Positions 37,111 through 50,537 of a stretch of DNA of 64,000 bases are shown here, piece by piece. The notes beneath the pieces are model-generated. The model did not search any database. It was not told the DNA's origin and was given only the letters and a program-made list of their open reading frames with translations. The stretch is taken from assembly GCA_013239625.1 (NCBI GenBank), contig MU057051.1, positions 5,799,290 to 5,863,289 on the forward strand, in the 5' to 3' direction. Made by a program: the position numbers and the translations under genes. The stretch is from Lama guanicoe (lineage: Eukaryota). Position 1 is the first letter of the stretch; each line of letters opens with the position of its first letter.

Positions 37111-37754
37111 ATTTTTCCATTCTTGCAATGAAGCATCCTACCAGGAAATACATAATGTAAGGCTGCCACTTAAGCACATTCTAAGTATTTTTCTATCTAA
37201 GGAGCCGCCAACAAGGTAAGGCAAGGTGGGTAGATGCAACTCACTTTAGCTAACAAGACACCAATACCTTTGGCAGCTATTGGAACAAAGGCTACAATTG
37301 ACTTCTTCTGACCATGACAGTGAATGTGAGATAATTTAACAGGGAATTTGTCCCTTGAGCTACAGAAATGGGAGTAGGGAAGAAGATGGAAATGTTTTTT
37401 ACATCAAAGGTACCAGGGCATTCTATGATCTTGCCATTGGTGGGTCTATTTCTAGCTGGAGTTTCAATCAGGAAGTTACTGTTTCAGCCAAAAGGAGTGA
37501 CTATTTCAGCCAATAGAGTGATATTTAATGGTTCCCATTCCCACATCCAGAAAACAACAGAATTCCAAACACAGAGTCTGAAACACATCAAGCAGGGACG
37601 TCCTAGCACCTAGCAGATGAGCCCAAAGAGGGAAGCCTCATGTGTTACAGATATTTGACAGAGCAAATCAGTGGGAACTGGAGTGCCCAAGCAGTGCAAT
37701 TTACAATGATTTGTTACTAAAATTCAAGCTTTAAGCATTTCACACTAGGACTGA

Positions 37755-37965
37755 AGGGTGTTGTGTAAAGAGAATGGGATTTGGACATTCCTGAGTTTTA
37801 ATCTCAGTTGACACTCAGCAATCTAAGATGAGGACATGATTTAACTTCTCTGAGCTTTGATTTCCTCTGCTGTCAGGTGGTAAAATACCCACCTTCAAGA
37901 GCTGTTGTGTGGAGTACATGAGCTTGTTTTTTTGGAAGGTGCTAAGCACAATGCCTGACAGAGAG
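37755..37965 (+). mobile_element. MIR
   Basis: atgatttaacttctctgagctttgatttcctctgctgtc...tggaaggtgctaagcacaatgcctgaca. Confidence 0.8.
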
Positions 37966-38264
37966 GAGGAGCTGAATGCAGTGTGGTCATGTTGGGAGCA
38001 GGACAGCAGCAGCAGTGATAAATGCCAACAGGTGGAGAGGGAGTCCTCAGGGTTGTCTGGAAATAAAACCTCTGGAGGGCTCCATCCAAGTCAAAACCAC
38101 TCAGGGGATGCCAAGGCTCCAGATGGGGAAATACCATTCAGACAATATAACAAAATGGCAGGACTGAGGCCAAAACTGTGGCCTGGTCAAAGCCAGGGAC
38201 CAGTTAGAAGGAATGGAATGGAAGCAAGTCCAGAATGAAGTAAAAGGATCCTGGGAAATGACTG

Positions 38265-38420
38265 AGAATATGAGAGCCAGTCTGCCTGGATCCCAGCTCT
38301 GACACTAGCAATCACATGACCTTGACAGGTCTCTTTGTCTCCCTGCCCCTCAGTTTCCTGAAAAAAGGACAGGATTATATAGTTGATTTGGACCATCCCT
38401 TCCTGCCCTAAGCTCTGTGC
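38265..38420 (+). mobile_element. MIR
   Basis: atcccagctctgacactagcaatcacatgaccttgacagg...cctcagtttcct. Confidence 0.75.
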
Positions 38421-41269
38421 TATCCTCTGTTATTAACCATTGTAAGAGCAATGCTGGTCTTGACTGGCCTCATGGACACCCAGATCAGCTGTGAACAGGA
38501 CCCAAAGTGTTTCCTGCAGACCTCTGCATCAAGACAACTTAGAAAACTGGAAACAATAGAGAGAAAATTCAATAAATCTATCCTCAGACTTTCCCTAGGA
38601 TTTTTTGCACAGAATTATGAAAAAAAAAGATAAATACCAATACCCTGAAATATTTTACACAATTATTCCAAATATAATGTTTTATGGAAGTCTGAGGCTT
38701 TCAAAGTCAAAACAAAACCTGTTTTGAAAGAAAAAATGTACTCTTCAGGTTTATGTACTTCTTAAAAGTAAAACGGAGCCTGGGAATTCTTCCTCTGAGA
38801 TTTCCGCCACAGCCAAAAACAAATATAACTTCTTTGGCAAATAACAGTCCTGTATTATGACTAAAAAAAATCTGTCATAAAAATCTAGAGAAAACATATT
38901 CTGTCTGCATAAAATAGCAATAATGGAACCAATAACTATCATTTCTGTCATTTGTGCATTTAACTGCTTTACCAACATTTCTACAAGAGGACCTGTGATA
39001 GACCTGAAATGGCATTTGGCTCTCTCCTTTTGGGTTCAGAAAATTAAAGTAACTCTTGAATTTGATACAACAAAGACAGTTGTCTTTTAAGAATTATCTT
39101 TTGCTTGAGACTCTACCCAAAAACCTGAGAAATGTGTTCTAGTTGTCAGCCCTCGCAGGGCTATGACTGATGTCAAGGGGAACTATTGCAAAGAAAACAG
39201 CAACGATGTTTGATGTCAGAAGTGAAAAGAAACCAATTCTCCATTTTTGAGGCTCCCAAGGTTACAGCCTGCAACCCACATCCACCACCAGCTGCTTTGC
39301 CCTTTTCCAAGGTCATCTATGTAAGATAATAAATTTGTGATATTTTAAATTTTAAAAAAGTCAATTGCTGGCTCTTGATTATATATTTTCCTGCAAGATT
39401 GCTCTTCTTAGATATGTTGTAGCTCTTCCCAGATTAACTGGATATTAAAAAAGATGATCAGAAGTGTCTATATTTCTTTAAAGTAACATAATCACCAGTG
39501 GAGAATGGTATTATTCCAAAGGCTGTCCAACTATTTAATCCTTAATAACCTCCGTAGAGAGCATGCCAACTCATAAATCACAATCTCGGGAATATTATTA
39601 TACTCACCTCCCCACCAAAACTGTTTTTTTGGTATATGGATTTGACAAAGTTTTGGGAAGAGAGTGGGTCGCCACCAGCAAATCCACTTAAAATAAATGT
39701 AAATTATGTTTCAATTAGCTCTGCTATCCTACCAAATGGTAGAAAAGCGCCGAAGTGTGAAAAAAAAGTGTTGAAATGTCTTTTTTCAAAGGGCCACACA
39801 AGTCATCAAGACTTAACCAATATGAATAATTCTGACTTCTCATCATGAGACATTTATGTCTGATATATTATAAAATTAGTTATACACAAACACAAATGGA
39901 AATAATGATGCTGAGTCACATGAAGTATCATGACTAAAGATTACAATAGGAAAACCTCAGTATGTGCAAAATTATTATAAGTACTGTAAAATAATTTTCA
40001 GACTTGCAAATGTCAAGGATAATACCATTAGTTTATATAAAACTGTGCAATAAAATATCTAACAGCCATGGAATATTTGAAAATTTTGAAGTAGCTCACA
40101 AATCAAAAACATATTCAATTATGTTTTAATATTTTCATACTTTTACTCTATGAGCAATAGCTAACATTTGCTGATCAGACAGTAAGAATTTAGGGACCAT
40201 ATCCAACATCTTAAGTGGATAATCTCAATTAATCTTCACAGAACCCTCGGAGCTCAGTATGATTTACATCCGTTTTACTGACGTTGACTCCCCACAACCA
40301 CGCGTACTCTGGGCATCTTCAAACCAAAAATGTATTATCTCTGCCTCCTATGATGTTTGTTTCTGGCCTTTCTTTTCCTTCATACTGTGACCTGTGGTGA
40401 CTTTTCTATCAAGACTCAAAGAAGTTGCTGATAAGATAACAGAAATATAGTTAGAGTCAAAGGGATCACAGAGTAGAGGCTGGATGGATGATTTTCAATA
40501 ATATTTGCATTTTAGCAGGATCCTTTATGGTTTTATGTAATGAATAATCCATTCTAATTACTATTACTGTTGTTGTTGTTATTATTCTAATGTAGGAATA
40601 ATCCACTTGTTGGAAGCCACTGAAAGGTTTTTGAGAACATAAGCCCTCTTAATACTCCCAAAATGGATACATGTATTGATCAGGACTCTGACTGCAAGTG
40701 ACAAAATCAAACTTTCAAACACAATTTCCACAAGAAGAGAAAACTGACTAAAGATCTTCCCAATCAGGTGGTTAAAAGCTCTGACTGGCGGTTTAAGTCA
40801 GACGCCTAGCACTGGATAATTAAAACTGTGACTGGGAAGGGGATCAAGAGGTTGATGACTCTGTTCATTCTCTGAAGGATGCTCATTCCATTCCTCTCCT
40901 TCATGTTAATCTGTCTTAAAGTGGCTGAAAGTGATATATGGCTAAGCAAAGCTTCTTTAAAATGTACATGGATTTGATGGCAAATGTCTTCACATCAAAA
41001 GCTATGGCCCCATTACATAATAAAGCTTTTTAACTTGAAGATATTTAAAATGACCACTTTGACAATGGGATAGGGATAAGGTACCTTTCCACAGACTTAG
41101 ATGCAATTTTCAACCCCTGCATTCCTTAACCAAGGAAAGGTGGCTAAGCAGCTATCCCTCCAACCAGCATGGCAAATTGGAGGCTCAGAAGAACTCAGAC
41201 ACTTATAAGTTCCATTTGTCCTTCTTCACAGAGCAAAACAAACAGAACCGACTAGATTTAAATTTACAA

Positions 41270-41343
41270 ACACACACACACACACATTCTGTCTCTGTCT
41301 CTCTGTCACTCTCCCCTTCCCTCTCTGTCTCTCTCTCTCTCTC
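41270..41343. repeat. (CA)n followed by imperfect (TC)n microsatellite
   Basis: Seen directly. Confidence 0.9.
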
Positions 41344-42881
41344 AACTTTTCCAACCGGCTTAGAGAAGTCAATGCAGCCCTTAATGAATGGGCTTATTCC
41401 CTGCTATATATAGTCCAGACACCGCAGCAACTTGACTCAAGCTCTGATGCATTTGACAAGGCCAGCATCACTTGGGGCGATACAGAGGAAGGATTGCTTC
41501 TTTCCTATTCCACTTCCAATTTAGCCCCAAGTTCCTTTTCTCTCTTGATGTATTTCTTTATCACCATCCAAATTTAGACTGACTCACAGGCTCCTTCTTT
41601 TATCCATGAACACTGAGCCAAGCCAGTGTTATCCTAAAACCCACTTGGGTATTGTCTAAGGAGAGTGAGAAGCAAAAGTGTTAGGAGGGGACAGTGAGCA
41701 ATCACCCATGTCTTATTTTATTATCTACTGCAATGTCTTAAGCTAAACAAATCTCTCTCAAGCCCTTCTTTTGTGATGATTTCTATAAAGAAAGGAGGAT
41801 AACACAGCTTGCTTTTAAAGAGAAGATAATGGTTAATTCCTGTTAGAAATCTCATTCCAAGAGAAGACCTGATCAGGATTTGGTCCCAGGAGAGCCCCCA
41901 GCTGATCTCAAAGAAGCTTCTTGAAGCTAAAGTCCTTTGAAGCTGTCACCAAAGCACTGCACACCATCTTCTCTGTAAACCAAACATGGGGTTCAAACAT
42001 TACTAAGCTATTTCTTCAGCTCTTCAAAAAAACAATTGCTAAGCTGCTAGAACACAAATTAACTTCTTTGAAATTTAAGTAATTGGTCAATAAAGTTTAC
42101 TCTGGATGAACACTGATCTGCCATCCAGTTTCTTCGATTTTTTATAATACAGTTTTTCAGCCAGCTTTCTAGTTCTCAGATCTGAGTAAAATTATTCTTC
42201 ATCTAGAGTTCTCACTATGCATTTGCAAACCCTTTCTGTTCTTGGCTTTGGTCCTGGTCCTCTCTTTGGGTGGTTATACCAAAAACTAAAAAAAGGTAAG
42301 TAAAAAAAAACTGTATACAAGGGAGAGCATTGAAAAATCTCTCAGAGGGGCTGAATTTTAATTCCAGCCTCACCTCTTCTTAACCATTTAATCTTGAAGG
42401 ATTACCATCTCATATCTGTAAAGCGGGCACAGTATTTGTCCATTTTACTTCAGTAGAGTAACTACATGCTTTAAACAAAAATACCAGTCATCCTTGACAA
42501 AACGTGTTGCTTGAAAACAAAGAGAAAAATTACACATGTGCAAACACACCTGCAGCATAATAATGTATTTAAATTTTTATCATACCTTATATGTTATAGT
42601 ACATGGCCTTTATATAATATTTTTGTTTAAAAAAGAATCAGGATATAAATTCAAAAAAAGTCACAGAGAGACTTGAGAGAGCTACAAGCACAAGCACCAA
42701 GTTCATTATTTACTGGCAGAGACTATAAATACACATTAACATAAATGCTATTTACACACACACATTTGATAAAAATTAATTCTATTTAAAATCATGGAGG
42801 AATTTTTTTTGCTAAAATATTTTTCTTTTACTTTTTATTATGCTTCTTTTACAAGACAATCAAAATGTACAAGCATATGTG

Positions 42882-42954
42882 AAAAAAAATTTTAATGGCA
42901 CAAATGAGCTTATTTACAAAGCAGAAACAGATTCACAGACATAGAGAACAAACT
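42882..42954 (+). mobile_element. Short LINE-1 3' UTR fragment
   Basis: aatggcacaaatgagcttatttacaaagcagaaacagattcacagacatagagaacaaact. Confidence 0.85.
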
Positions 42955-45039
42955 CCTCCTCTATCTCCTTCTCTCCTTTTCCCTCCCCTCCTCCTTCCTC
43001 TCTCTCTCTCCCTGCAAACATGTTAGCCTCTCTCTATCACCTGTCCTAGTCCCTGAGGAAGTAAAGTCCTTTCTCTTTAATTTCTATGAATATTGACTTA
43101 GGTTTCAAGCTGGATGAACCCTAGGCAATCCTATGAAATTCAGAGCAGAAACCTCCCTGAACGAGATGCTGTCTTTTCTAAGCCTGTGATCCTAAGAGCT
43201 TCTTCTCACCCTCAGTGAGTGAACATGGCACCAAAGGGACAGACGGGGCAGGAGACATCGGGGGGGTGAGGTAAAGGACAGCAGGTGTCAGTTCTAGCTC
43301 TGCTATAAATAACCTGCGGAACATGAAACATTTTTGCATGATTCATCTAATCAAAATCAATAATTATCTTAAAGCCACTTATTTAACCTGGACTTTTAGG
43401 CATTGTTACTGTATGATCCGAGAGAGAACTTATCTTGACATTTTCCTAAATTATCCACGGAAATCACTTCCAGAATCTCTGGGATCCAGTAAGTTATCCA
43501 CAAGGCTAACTCAACCATTGATTTAAATTATTGCACAGAAGGATTTAGCAGTCTGATATCTATACTCTAGTGCGTGAGCAGTCCTTCAGTAGCCACAGAG
43601 GTAAGACACATCCCGCTCTGAAGTTGTTGGATCTTCAACCAAGACAACATTCAAACCTGAAACAAATCGCTTCAATGATTCCTGAAGAATATATATGCCA
43701 TAGCTGGACTTACAGAAACACCGTTTACTCTTTTGCTCAAAGCACCAAGAATTCCATTTATCTCTCTCTCTCTCTCTCCATCCATCCATCCATTCCACTA
43801 GACATCAAATGGTGGAGTGGGTAACAGTGCTTATCTCTTCCTAATCACAGGAAGCCTTCTTTATCTTACCTCTGAATTTGTTTGTTGTTTTGTTTTTACC
43901 ATTAGCGTATTGTTTTTGTAGTTACACACACACAAAACTGAAGATATAGTAAAACATGCTTCTAGGAGGAGACAGATGAATGAGTAATTGTAATAGCCTA
44001 AACCCACTTTGTTACCCATATTTTAGTTAAAAAACAACAACAACAAAAAATATAAGCTTGGCCAGACTTGCATTTAGAACAAAAAACTATTTGAAGCAGA
44101 AAGCCCTGACATTGACAGCAGTCTCTGCTCTTGTCATTTGACTTTACTCTGTGAGCACTATGAGACATGAGGTTTTTTATAGAAGAAATCAATCCACATC
44201 TATAGCATCTTTGTAATATCTTAACATTCTGGTCATATAATGTCGTAGATAACATGGGGCAGCTAAATTGCCAGGCCTGTTCACCATTCCTACAAAGATA
44301 AACATACTCTTGAGTCAAAGCTTCAAGCCTTCATTTTAAAACATAGTATTGCAGTTGAAAAGTTCAATTTTGAGAAGGGCTCAGTTAAGAAGGTGCCTCA
44401 TTGAAACTCAATGGAAGTTTCAGTACTTGAACCTAAAGGCTTTAACTTTCTATTGAATTACGAAAACAGACTCCAATGTATTAATGAGTGAGTTTAGCAT
44501 CACATTATGCCAAGATGTCCATGCATATTGAACTTGAAAATGCACACATAAGCAAAAGCTGGAAACACTCATGAATAATTCAGATCATATGAAGCACGTC
44601 AGGATACAGAAAGAAAGATATTTTATCTTGAACGGAAAAGATTATTCAGCATAAAAGGTCATTATGTGGCCCTAGAGTTAAATGTCTTCATCCACTCCAT
44701 ATACCCACTGCATGAACACTCCCAGCACCACCAGCTGTAGAAACCAGTAGCAGAGACTTTTTTTCCCTTTCCAGATGTTTTTGGGGGGGGATACACAACT
44801 ACAAGTTGAAGAGTTAAAACACAAGCATTCACCACCCTAATCGTCACTGTCCTAACCCTAACACCTTCCATTGCTAACAGGCTTGACATACCATCTGGTT
44901 TCAGTCAAGGTGCTATGTAAGCATGCAGAAGCCACAAGTTACCAGCATTTCCAATTTCTGGAATTCAAAAGTTCAGACCCGAACTAAGGTCTAGAGAGTC
45001 TCATGGGCATCCGCTGTCCCCTCCCAATTTCACCCACGT

Positions 45040-45450
45040 GCTCATTCAAAATACATTTGTTAAACACCGATTTGGTGCCAGGCACTGTGCTCTTAACTGG
45101 AATACAGCAATAAACAAAGACCTGTTCTCCAGAGCTCATAGCTTTATCAGGAACACATCAAAGACATAAAAACAGAATATTAAACCTGATATAAATGAGC
45201 AGAGGTTGCTAGGGAAGTGATCAGTCAGCAAAGACTTGGAGAGTCAGGGAATGCTCCTCAAAACTCAGACAGAAGCTGAATCAGAAGAAGTCGGCCAGAG
45301 GGGATGGAGAGGTAACCTTCCTTGCTTGTACGAAAACTCCAAGGCAAGAATAAACACGGCAAAACACGACATGAGCGTGGAAGTTCAATTAAGTATCGCT
45401 GGAGCCTGGAGAATGCAGGGAGGGGAGGGGTTGGCAGGAGTAGCGGAGCA
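45040..45450 (-). mobile_element. L2 3' region (resumes about 45800-46090 after an L1 insertion)
   Basis: ctcattcaaaatacatttgttaaacaccgatttggtgccaggcactgtgctcttaactggaatacagcaataaacaaagac. Confidence 0.8.
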
Positions 45451-45793
45451 AAAGTAAATAATACAAATAAATGCACAGAGCAAAACAGAAACAGACTCAC
45501 GGATATAGAAAATAAACTAGTGGTTTCCTGTGGGGAGGGGCAAGTTAGGGGTATGGGGTTAAGAGCTACAAACTATATATAAAACAGATAAGCAGCCAGG
45601 ATATATTGTACAGCACAGAACTATAGCCATTATCTTGTAATAACATAAAGGAGTATAATCTGTAAAAATACTGAATCGCTATGCTATATACTTGAAACTA
45701 ATACAATACTGTAAATCAACTATACCTCAACACAAAAATTAAATTAAAAAAATAACATTACATTTTACAACTGCAAAAGAAAAGAAAAAGAAA
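45451..45793 (+). mobile_element. 5'-truncated LINE-1 3' end (cetartiodactyl type)
   Basis: aaacagaaacagactcacggatatagaaaataaactagtggtt...gaaactaatacaatactgtaaatcaactatacctcaa plus A-rich tail. Confidence 0.92.
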
Positions 45794-46104
45794 GGAAATA
45801 CATTTCAAGAGCCATATCATAAATAAAGGCCTTTGTAAAATAATTTGACAAGAAATTCAAGGGCAACATGCAGCAAATTTATTCAGGGGGGCAAGTAACT
45901 CTGTAGGCTAAATGAGAATGAATTAGAATTAGAAGACACTATGACTGGCAGCTGGGAAAATAGTGAGGGGGAATAAGGATGGCTTGGGGAGCAGGGCTGG
46001 AGAGGAAGGAATAGATTACAGCACTGTGGTCATGAGCGATGTGCAGGCCTTGGTCTTAATCAAACATGAGGAATGAAAAGAAGGGATGGAGTCCTCCTTG
46101 AGCA

Positions 46105-46292
46105 GATGTCTGGACTGGTGACTCCAGTTCTCTCACACACTAGCTGTGTGACCTCAGCCAAAACCGTAAACCTCTTGGTTTACTCATTTGTAAAATGGTA
46201 ATAAGCACAAGACCCTCCTTGCAGGTTATGCAAATTCAATGTGAGAGTGCACAGAAAGCGCTCAACTAGTACCTGGCACATATTAGATGCTT
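46105..46292 (+). mobile_element. MIR
   Basis: actagctgtgtgacctcag...ctcatttgtaaaatgg...acctggcacatattagatgct. Confidence 0.85.
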
Positions 46293-46620
46293 GTATTAGT
46301 TAGGACGTAGACTCACTTGCTGTAACAGAATCTACAAATCCCCATGGCTTAAATAAGATAGAGTGAATTAAAACAAAAAGCAAAAACAAAAAAAAAACCC
46401 AGATGTAAGCAGTCCTAGGAAGACAAGCTAGATAGCCAAGGACTCTGTAACCTGGTTGGTCTGCCATCATTGAGATGATGACCTCACCCAAAGGGCCCAG
46501 GCCAACTCCACTCCAGCTACTGGGGGAAAGAAGAAACAGAGGTGAAAAGGATGTGTGGCTAAAATTCAGGAGTTGTGTTGTTACAGACAAAGGAAGGCTA
46601 CATATCAGGAGACAGGAGCT
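46292..46620 (-). mobile_element. MaLR LTR (MLT1-type) fragment
   Basis: tgtattagttaggacgtagactcacttgctgtaacagaatc...catggcttaaataagataga. Confidence 0.7.
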
Positions 46621-47189
46621 AGAAATATTCAGTGCATGTTAATATTACATAAAAATAGAAATTAACTGCTTGATGGAGAGGAGAAAAGTAGGGGAAAAAA
46701 GCATTTCTGGTGGGTGAGTCTTGGTAAACCTAAGACATAAAATATTTCTAATGTTCTACTGAAGGAGAAAGATTTAGATGAAACTATATTGTATAGGGAT
46801 AATGAGGAACCCAAAGGTTCTATGTAATGTAACCGGGACATTGCGAGAAACAGTATTTGGAACAAAACTATAGGAACCTCCAAATATTATTGATGAACTG
46901 CTTTCAAGGAGACTAGAAATATATTCTAACATTGAAAGGAAAATGAGTCAGCCCACAAAGGAGTTTCTAAGGATTCCCTTTTTTATGGAGCAATGCAGAA
47001 CATTGTGGAAGAAAATATTAATGATTTTCTTCTACTCATCAGATGCTCTCTAAAGAAAACAAAGTCATGAATGTTCATGCCAGTGCATGAAACTTGCTTT
47101 TAGGTAGCTCAGGAGGTATGTGATATCTCACCTGGTAGTCACAGGGCCTTGAAGCAAGGGGCACTTGCCACCTCATGACTGCAAAGGTT

Positions 47190-47224
47190 TGCCGCCCCCA
47201 GGTGGCCATCCTATGTGACTGCAG
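47190..47224 (-). promoter_or_regulatory. CTCF binding site with core and upstream modules
   Basis: Minus strand reads CTGCAGTCACATAGGA-TGGCCACCTGGGGGCGGCA. The core matches TGGCCACCAGGGGGCGCTA at 16/19, and the TGCAG upstream module sits at canonical spacing. Confidence 0.75.
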
Positions 47225-48469
47225 GGATTGCTGGTCTTAAAAATGAGGCCCTAAACATTGTACCTCCAAATCCCAGACCCTGATCCAGGATCTCTGTCCG
47301 TCTCCTATTCAAAATGTTGGACTATCAGTTAGCTTTCTGTCCTTAAGATTATTCTTGTTTTTAAGTCTGGCCCTTACTGAAATCTCTACAGAAAACCTCA
47401 AAGAGCTTTTCCACCCCACTGAGTAATGGAATGAAGTCTCTAGCTTAGAATTTAACTTATTTTCATCCCTCCACAGCAGGTGGGACATTTTTAGCTCTTT
47501 ATGGTTTGGCCAAGAGCAAAATCAACAATCCTAACTGCCTGTGGTTTAAACAAGATGAGATATATGACTTTTTGTAGACAGGGCACCTTCCCAAGCAAGA
47601 AGACCTCATACATCAAGCAGAGATAAAGACCGTGATGGAGCAGGCTGGGCAGGCTATCCTGGCCCCTGCAGCACAGTTAACACAAGTCCAGCATTCAGCC
47701 TCCAGCTCTAAGAAAGGTAACTTGGGGACTGATTTTCAGAGGGACTGACTTTCTTCATTTAACTTAGCCTTTTTGTTGTCAAGAACCAGAGACTACCAGT
47801 TTGAACAGGACCTGGCTGGTTTTTGCTGATCAATTCAAGCATATAACACAACTGCTTTCCAGTTGCTAGTGAGGTGGGAGTGCACTGAAGTGTCCTCCAC
47901 CCCACCCTGTCTGCCTGCAAGTCCAGTCAGGTGGTCACTGGAAGGTTCTGGGTATTAGAGAACAACAACCCAGTAATTTTCTATTCAGACAGATTAATGT
48001 GATAAAAGGTTTGAAATATAACCTTGAACAAGGAGGGAAAGAGCACATCTTCACAAAATAATGTAAGGATTATTATTTTACAGGAAATAGGATACACATC
48101 AAGTTAATGGGCAGGAAGGAAATCCATCTTCCCAGTGGCAAGGTGTGTTTATTCTTAGATACTTCAGGAAAAGAACACCACGACCCATAGGACCAGAGCT
48201 CTCCCCTCACCCCAGCTCACCTTTCTCTCAAAAACTCAGGCCCATCTGCAGAGTTTTTTTCCAGAGGAGAAATTCACTGACTCAGTGGATGCCTCGAGCC
48301 TTTGGGATTAGTAAAGACTAGTTGAAAAGTACTTTTCATTAATCTGTAGAAAAGTGGGCACACAGAGAAAGAGGGGGCAGGATTTGGACACCTCCGAAGG
48401 CATAAGAAGGGCCTGGGGATGGGAGCAATTTCATCAAAATCAGACATTATTTATGTTTCATCCAGTAGG

Positions 48470-49980
48470 TAAAACTGTATTTTTTTAGAAGTTTTAGTTT
48501 TCATTCCTATTAGCATGACAGATCAGCATATTTTCTCATGTTTATTAATTTGTATTTCTTCTGTAACTGCACATTTGTACGCTTTGATCTCCAGTCTAAT
48601 GTTGACTGATGGTAATGAGAATAGACAGCGTTGTCTTTTTCCTAAATTTACTGGGAATTCCTTTAGAGCTTTTCCATGAGTATGATTTCTACTGTTACTT
48701 GCTGATTTAAGAAAAAACAGAGAAACCTTTCAAATTAAGCATACTTCTTTTAATTTCCAAGTTACTAACGATGTTCCCCAGAAACAGATGTTGAGTTTCA
48801 TCAAACGGCCTTTCTAGCATCTATCATATACTTTCTTTCCTTAATTACTGAGGCAGTGAATTACTTCAACAGATTTCCAAATACTGAACTATCTCCGCAT
48901 TTGTGAAATAGGGCAGTGTTATTTTAATATTCTCCTACAGGATATTAGATGGCTGTTTTTAATATTTTTGCTTTTATGCTAATTTATAAAATAAGTCTGC
49001 AAAGGTCTTTTTTAGTGGAACTTTACACACCACTGCCATACCATGAATTGCTAATTTATATATCTTCATGATTTACAATAGCTTAAATATCTCAATTTTT
49101 CGTCCTTAAAGTTTGGATTGGATTTACTGTCCAAACATTTGGATCCTGTGCCTATGAGTCAGGGGTGAAGGAGTATAGTGAGCTCTTTGATTCTCTTTCT
49201 TTATAGTTTCTACCTATTTCTGAATCCAAGTTGCTATTTTTTTTCAGTAAAGTTATTCGTATCTTTTACATTTTCAAATTTGTTGTTATAAATGTATAGT
49301 TGGTACTCATTTTAAATGATTAAGTTATTTATTATCTAAATAAATGCCTCCTCATTACTAAGGTTGCACATTTGTGCTGTCAATATAGTCTTTTCAAAGA
49401 AACAGCTCTGACAATATTTTTTTAATTTCCATTTCATTAATTTTTGCTCTTCATTAATTTCTTTATTCTTATTTTTTTAGTACTGCAATCTGTCTACCTT
49501 CTAAGATGGAATGTATAGCCCATATATTCTGAATTTTTTTCTTTCAAAAAAGAATATAAAGGTTGAATATATTTGTCTTCACTGCCATTTACCAATAAAT
49601 ATTAATTTATTATTACAACTATGATATAGTAACAGTATGATTTCAAAATACTGAAGAATAACAATTGAAAAGTTTTTTTTTCACTACCCTTGTTAACAAC
49701 ACAGTTTTTACTCGCCTTTTTAACCTGAGTTTTATACAGAGTTTCTTTTTAAAAATGATTTCATGTGGTTATTTTACTGTCTTCCTTTGCTCTGTTTTGT
49801 TTTTACCATCCTTTAGTCATTGATTTTTTGACTATTGCTTTGTAGATTCAGGATTTATTCTTTGGGGGATTTATTGACATTTTTATTTTGCTGTAATATG
49901 TAAAAAATCTTTTGTGTCTGAAAGTTTCATAGTCAACTCATGTTTAAGTGGAGCCAAGTTTTAGCAAATTTCTATGTTTA
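48470..49980 (-). mobile_element. Ancient L1 (L1ME/L1M5-like) ORF2 fragments
   Basis: tgagaatagacagcgttgtctttttcctaaatttactgggaattcc...gatgttgagtttcatcaaacggcctttctagcatctat. Confidence 0.75.
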
Positions 49981-50150
49981 TAATTCAGAATAAAGATATA
50001 AATAGAAATATAATTTTAGATACATATTTTCAAAGCTGTAACAAGAAAAATATAAGTTGAGATTGAAAACAGATTCTAATGGATCATTGAATATGGAGTT
50101 CAGTAGTTCTCAGAACCTGAGCCTTTATCATTCTCCCACCTTCCTACCAC

Positions 50151-50537
50151 TGTTATGGGCTGAACTGTGTCCCCTCAAAATTCCTAAGTTGAAATACTAA
50201 CCCTTAGTATTTCAGAATGCAACTTTATTGGGAGATAAGATCCTTAAAGAGGGGATTAAGGTATAATGAGTTCACTGAGATGGGGTCCTAATGGGGTCCT
50301 AACACAATAGGACTGGTGTCCTAGTTAGAAGAGGAAGAGACATCAGGGGAATGTGCACAGGGAAACAATGAGAAGGTGGTCATCTGCAAGACAAGAAGAG
50401 AGACTCAGGAGAAACCACACCTGCTGAAGCCTTGATCTTGGACTTCTAGCCTGCAGAAACGGGGAGAAAATAGTTCCTGTCATTTAAGCCCCCAGTCTGT
50501 GATATTCAACACGGCAGCCCTAGCAGACTGCACTATC
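50151..50537 (+). mobile_element. MaLR solo LTR (MLT1A-type)
   Basis: tgttatgggctgaactgtgtcccctcaaaattc...ccttgatcttggacttctagcctgcagaa...gcagccctagcagact. Possible 5-bp TSD accac at 50146-50150 and 50538-50542. Confidence 0.92.

Noticed and set aside
39665-39685. Second CTCF-like motif (GGTGGCG core)
   Set aside because: Lacks the conserved CC at the 5' end of the core and has no upstream module.
44851-44866. Telomere-like cctaaccctaac
   Set aside because: Only two units, too short for an interstitial telomeric repeat.
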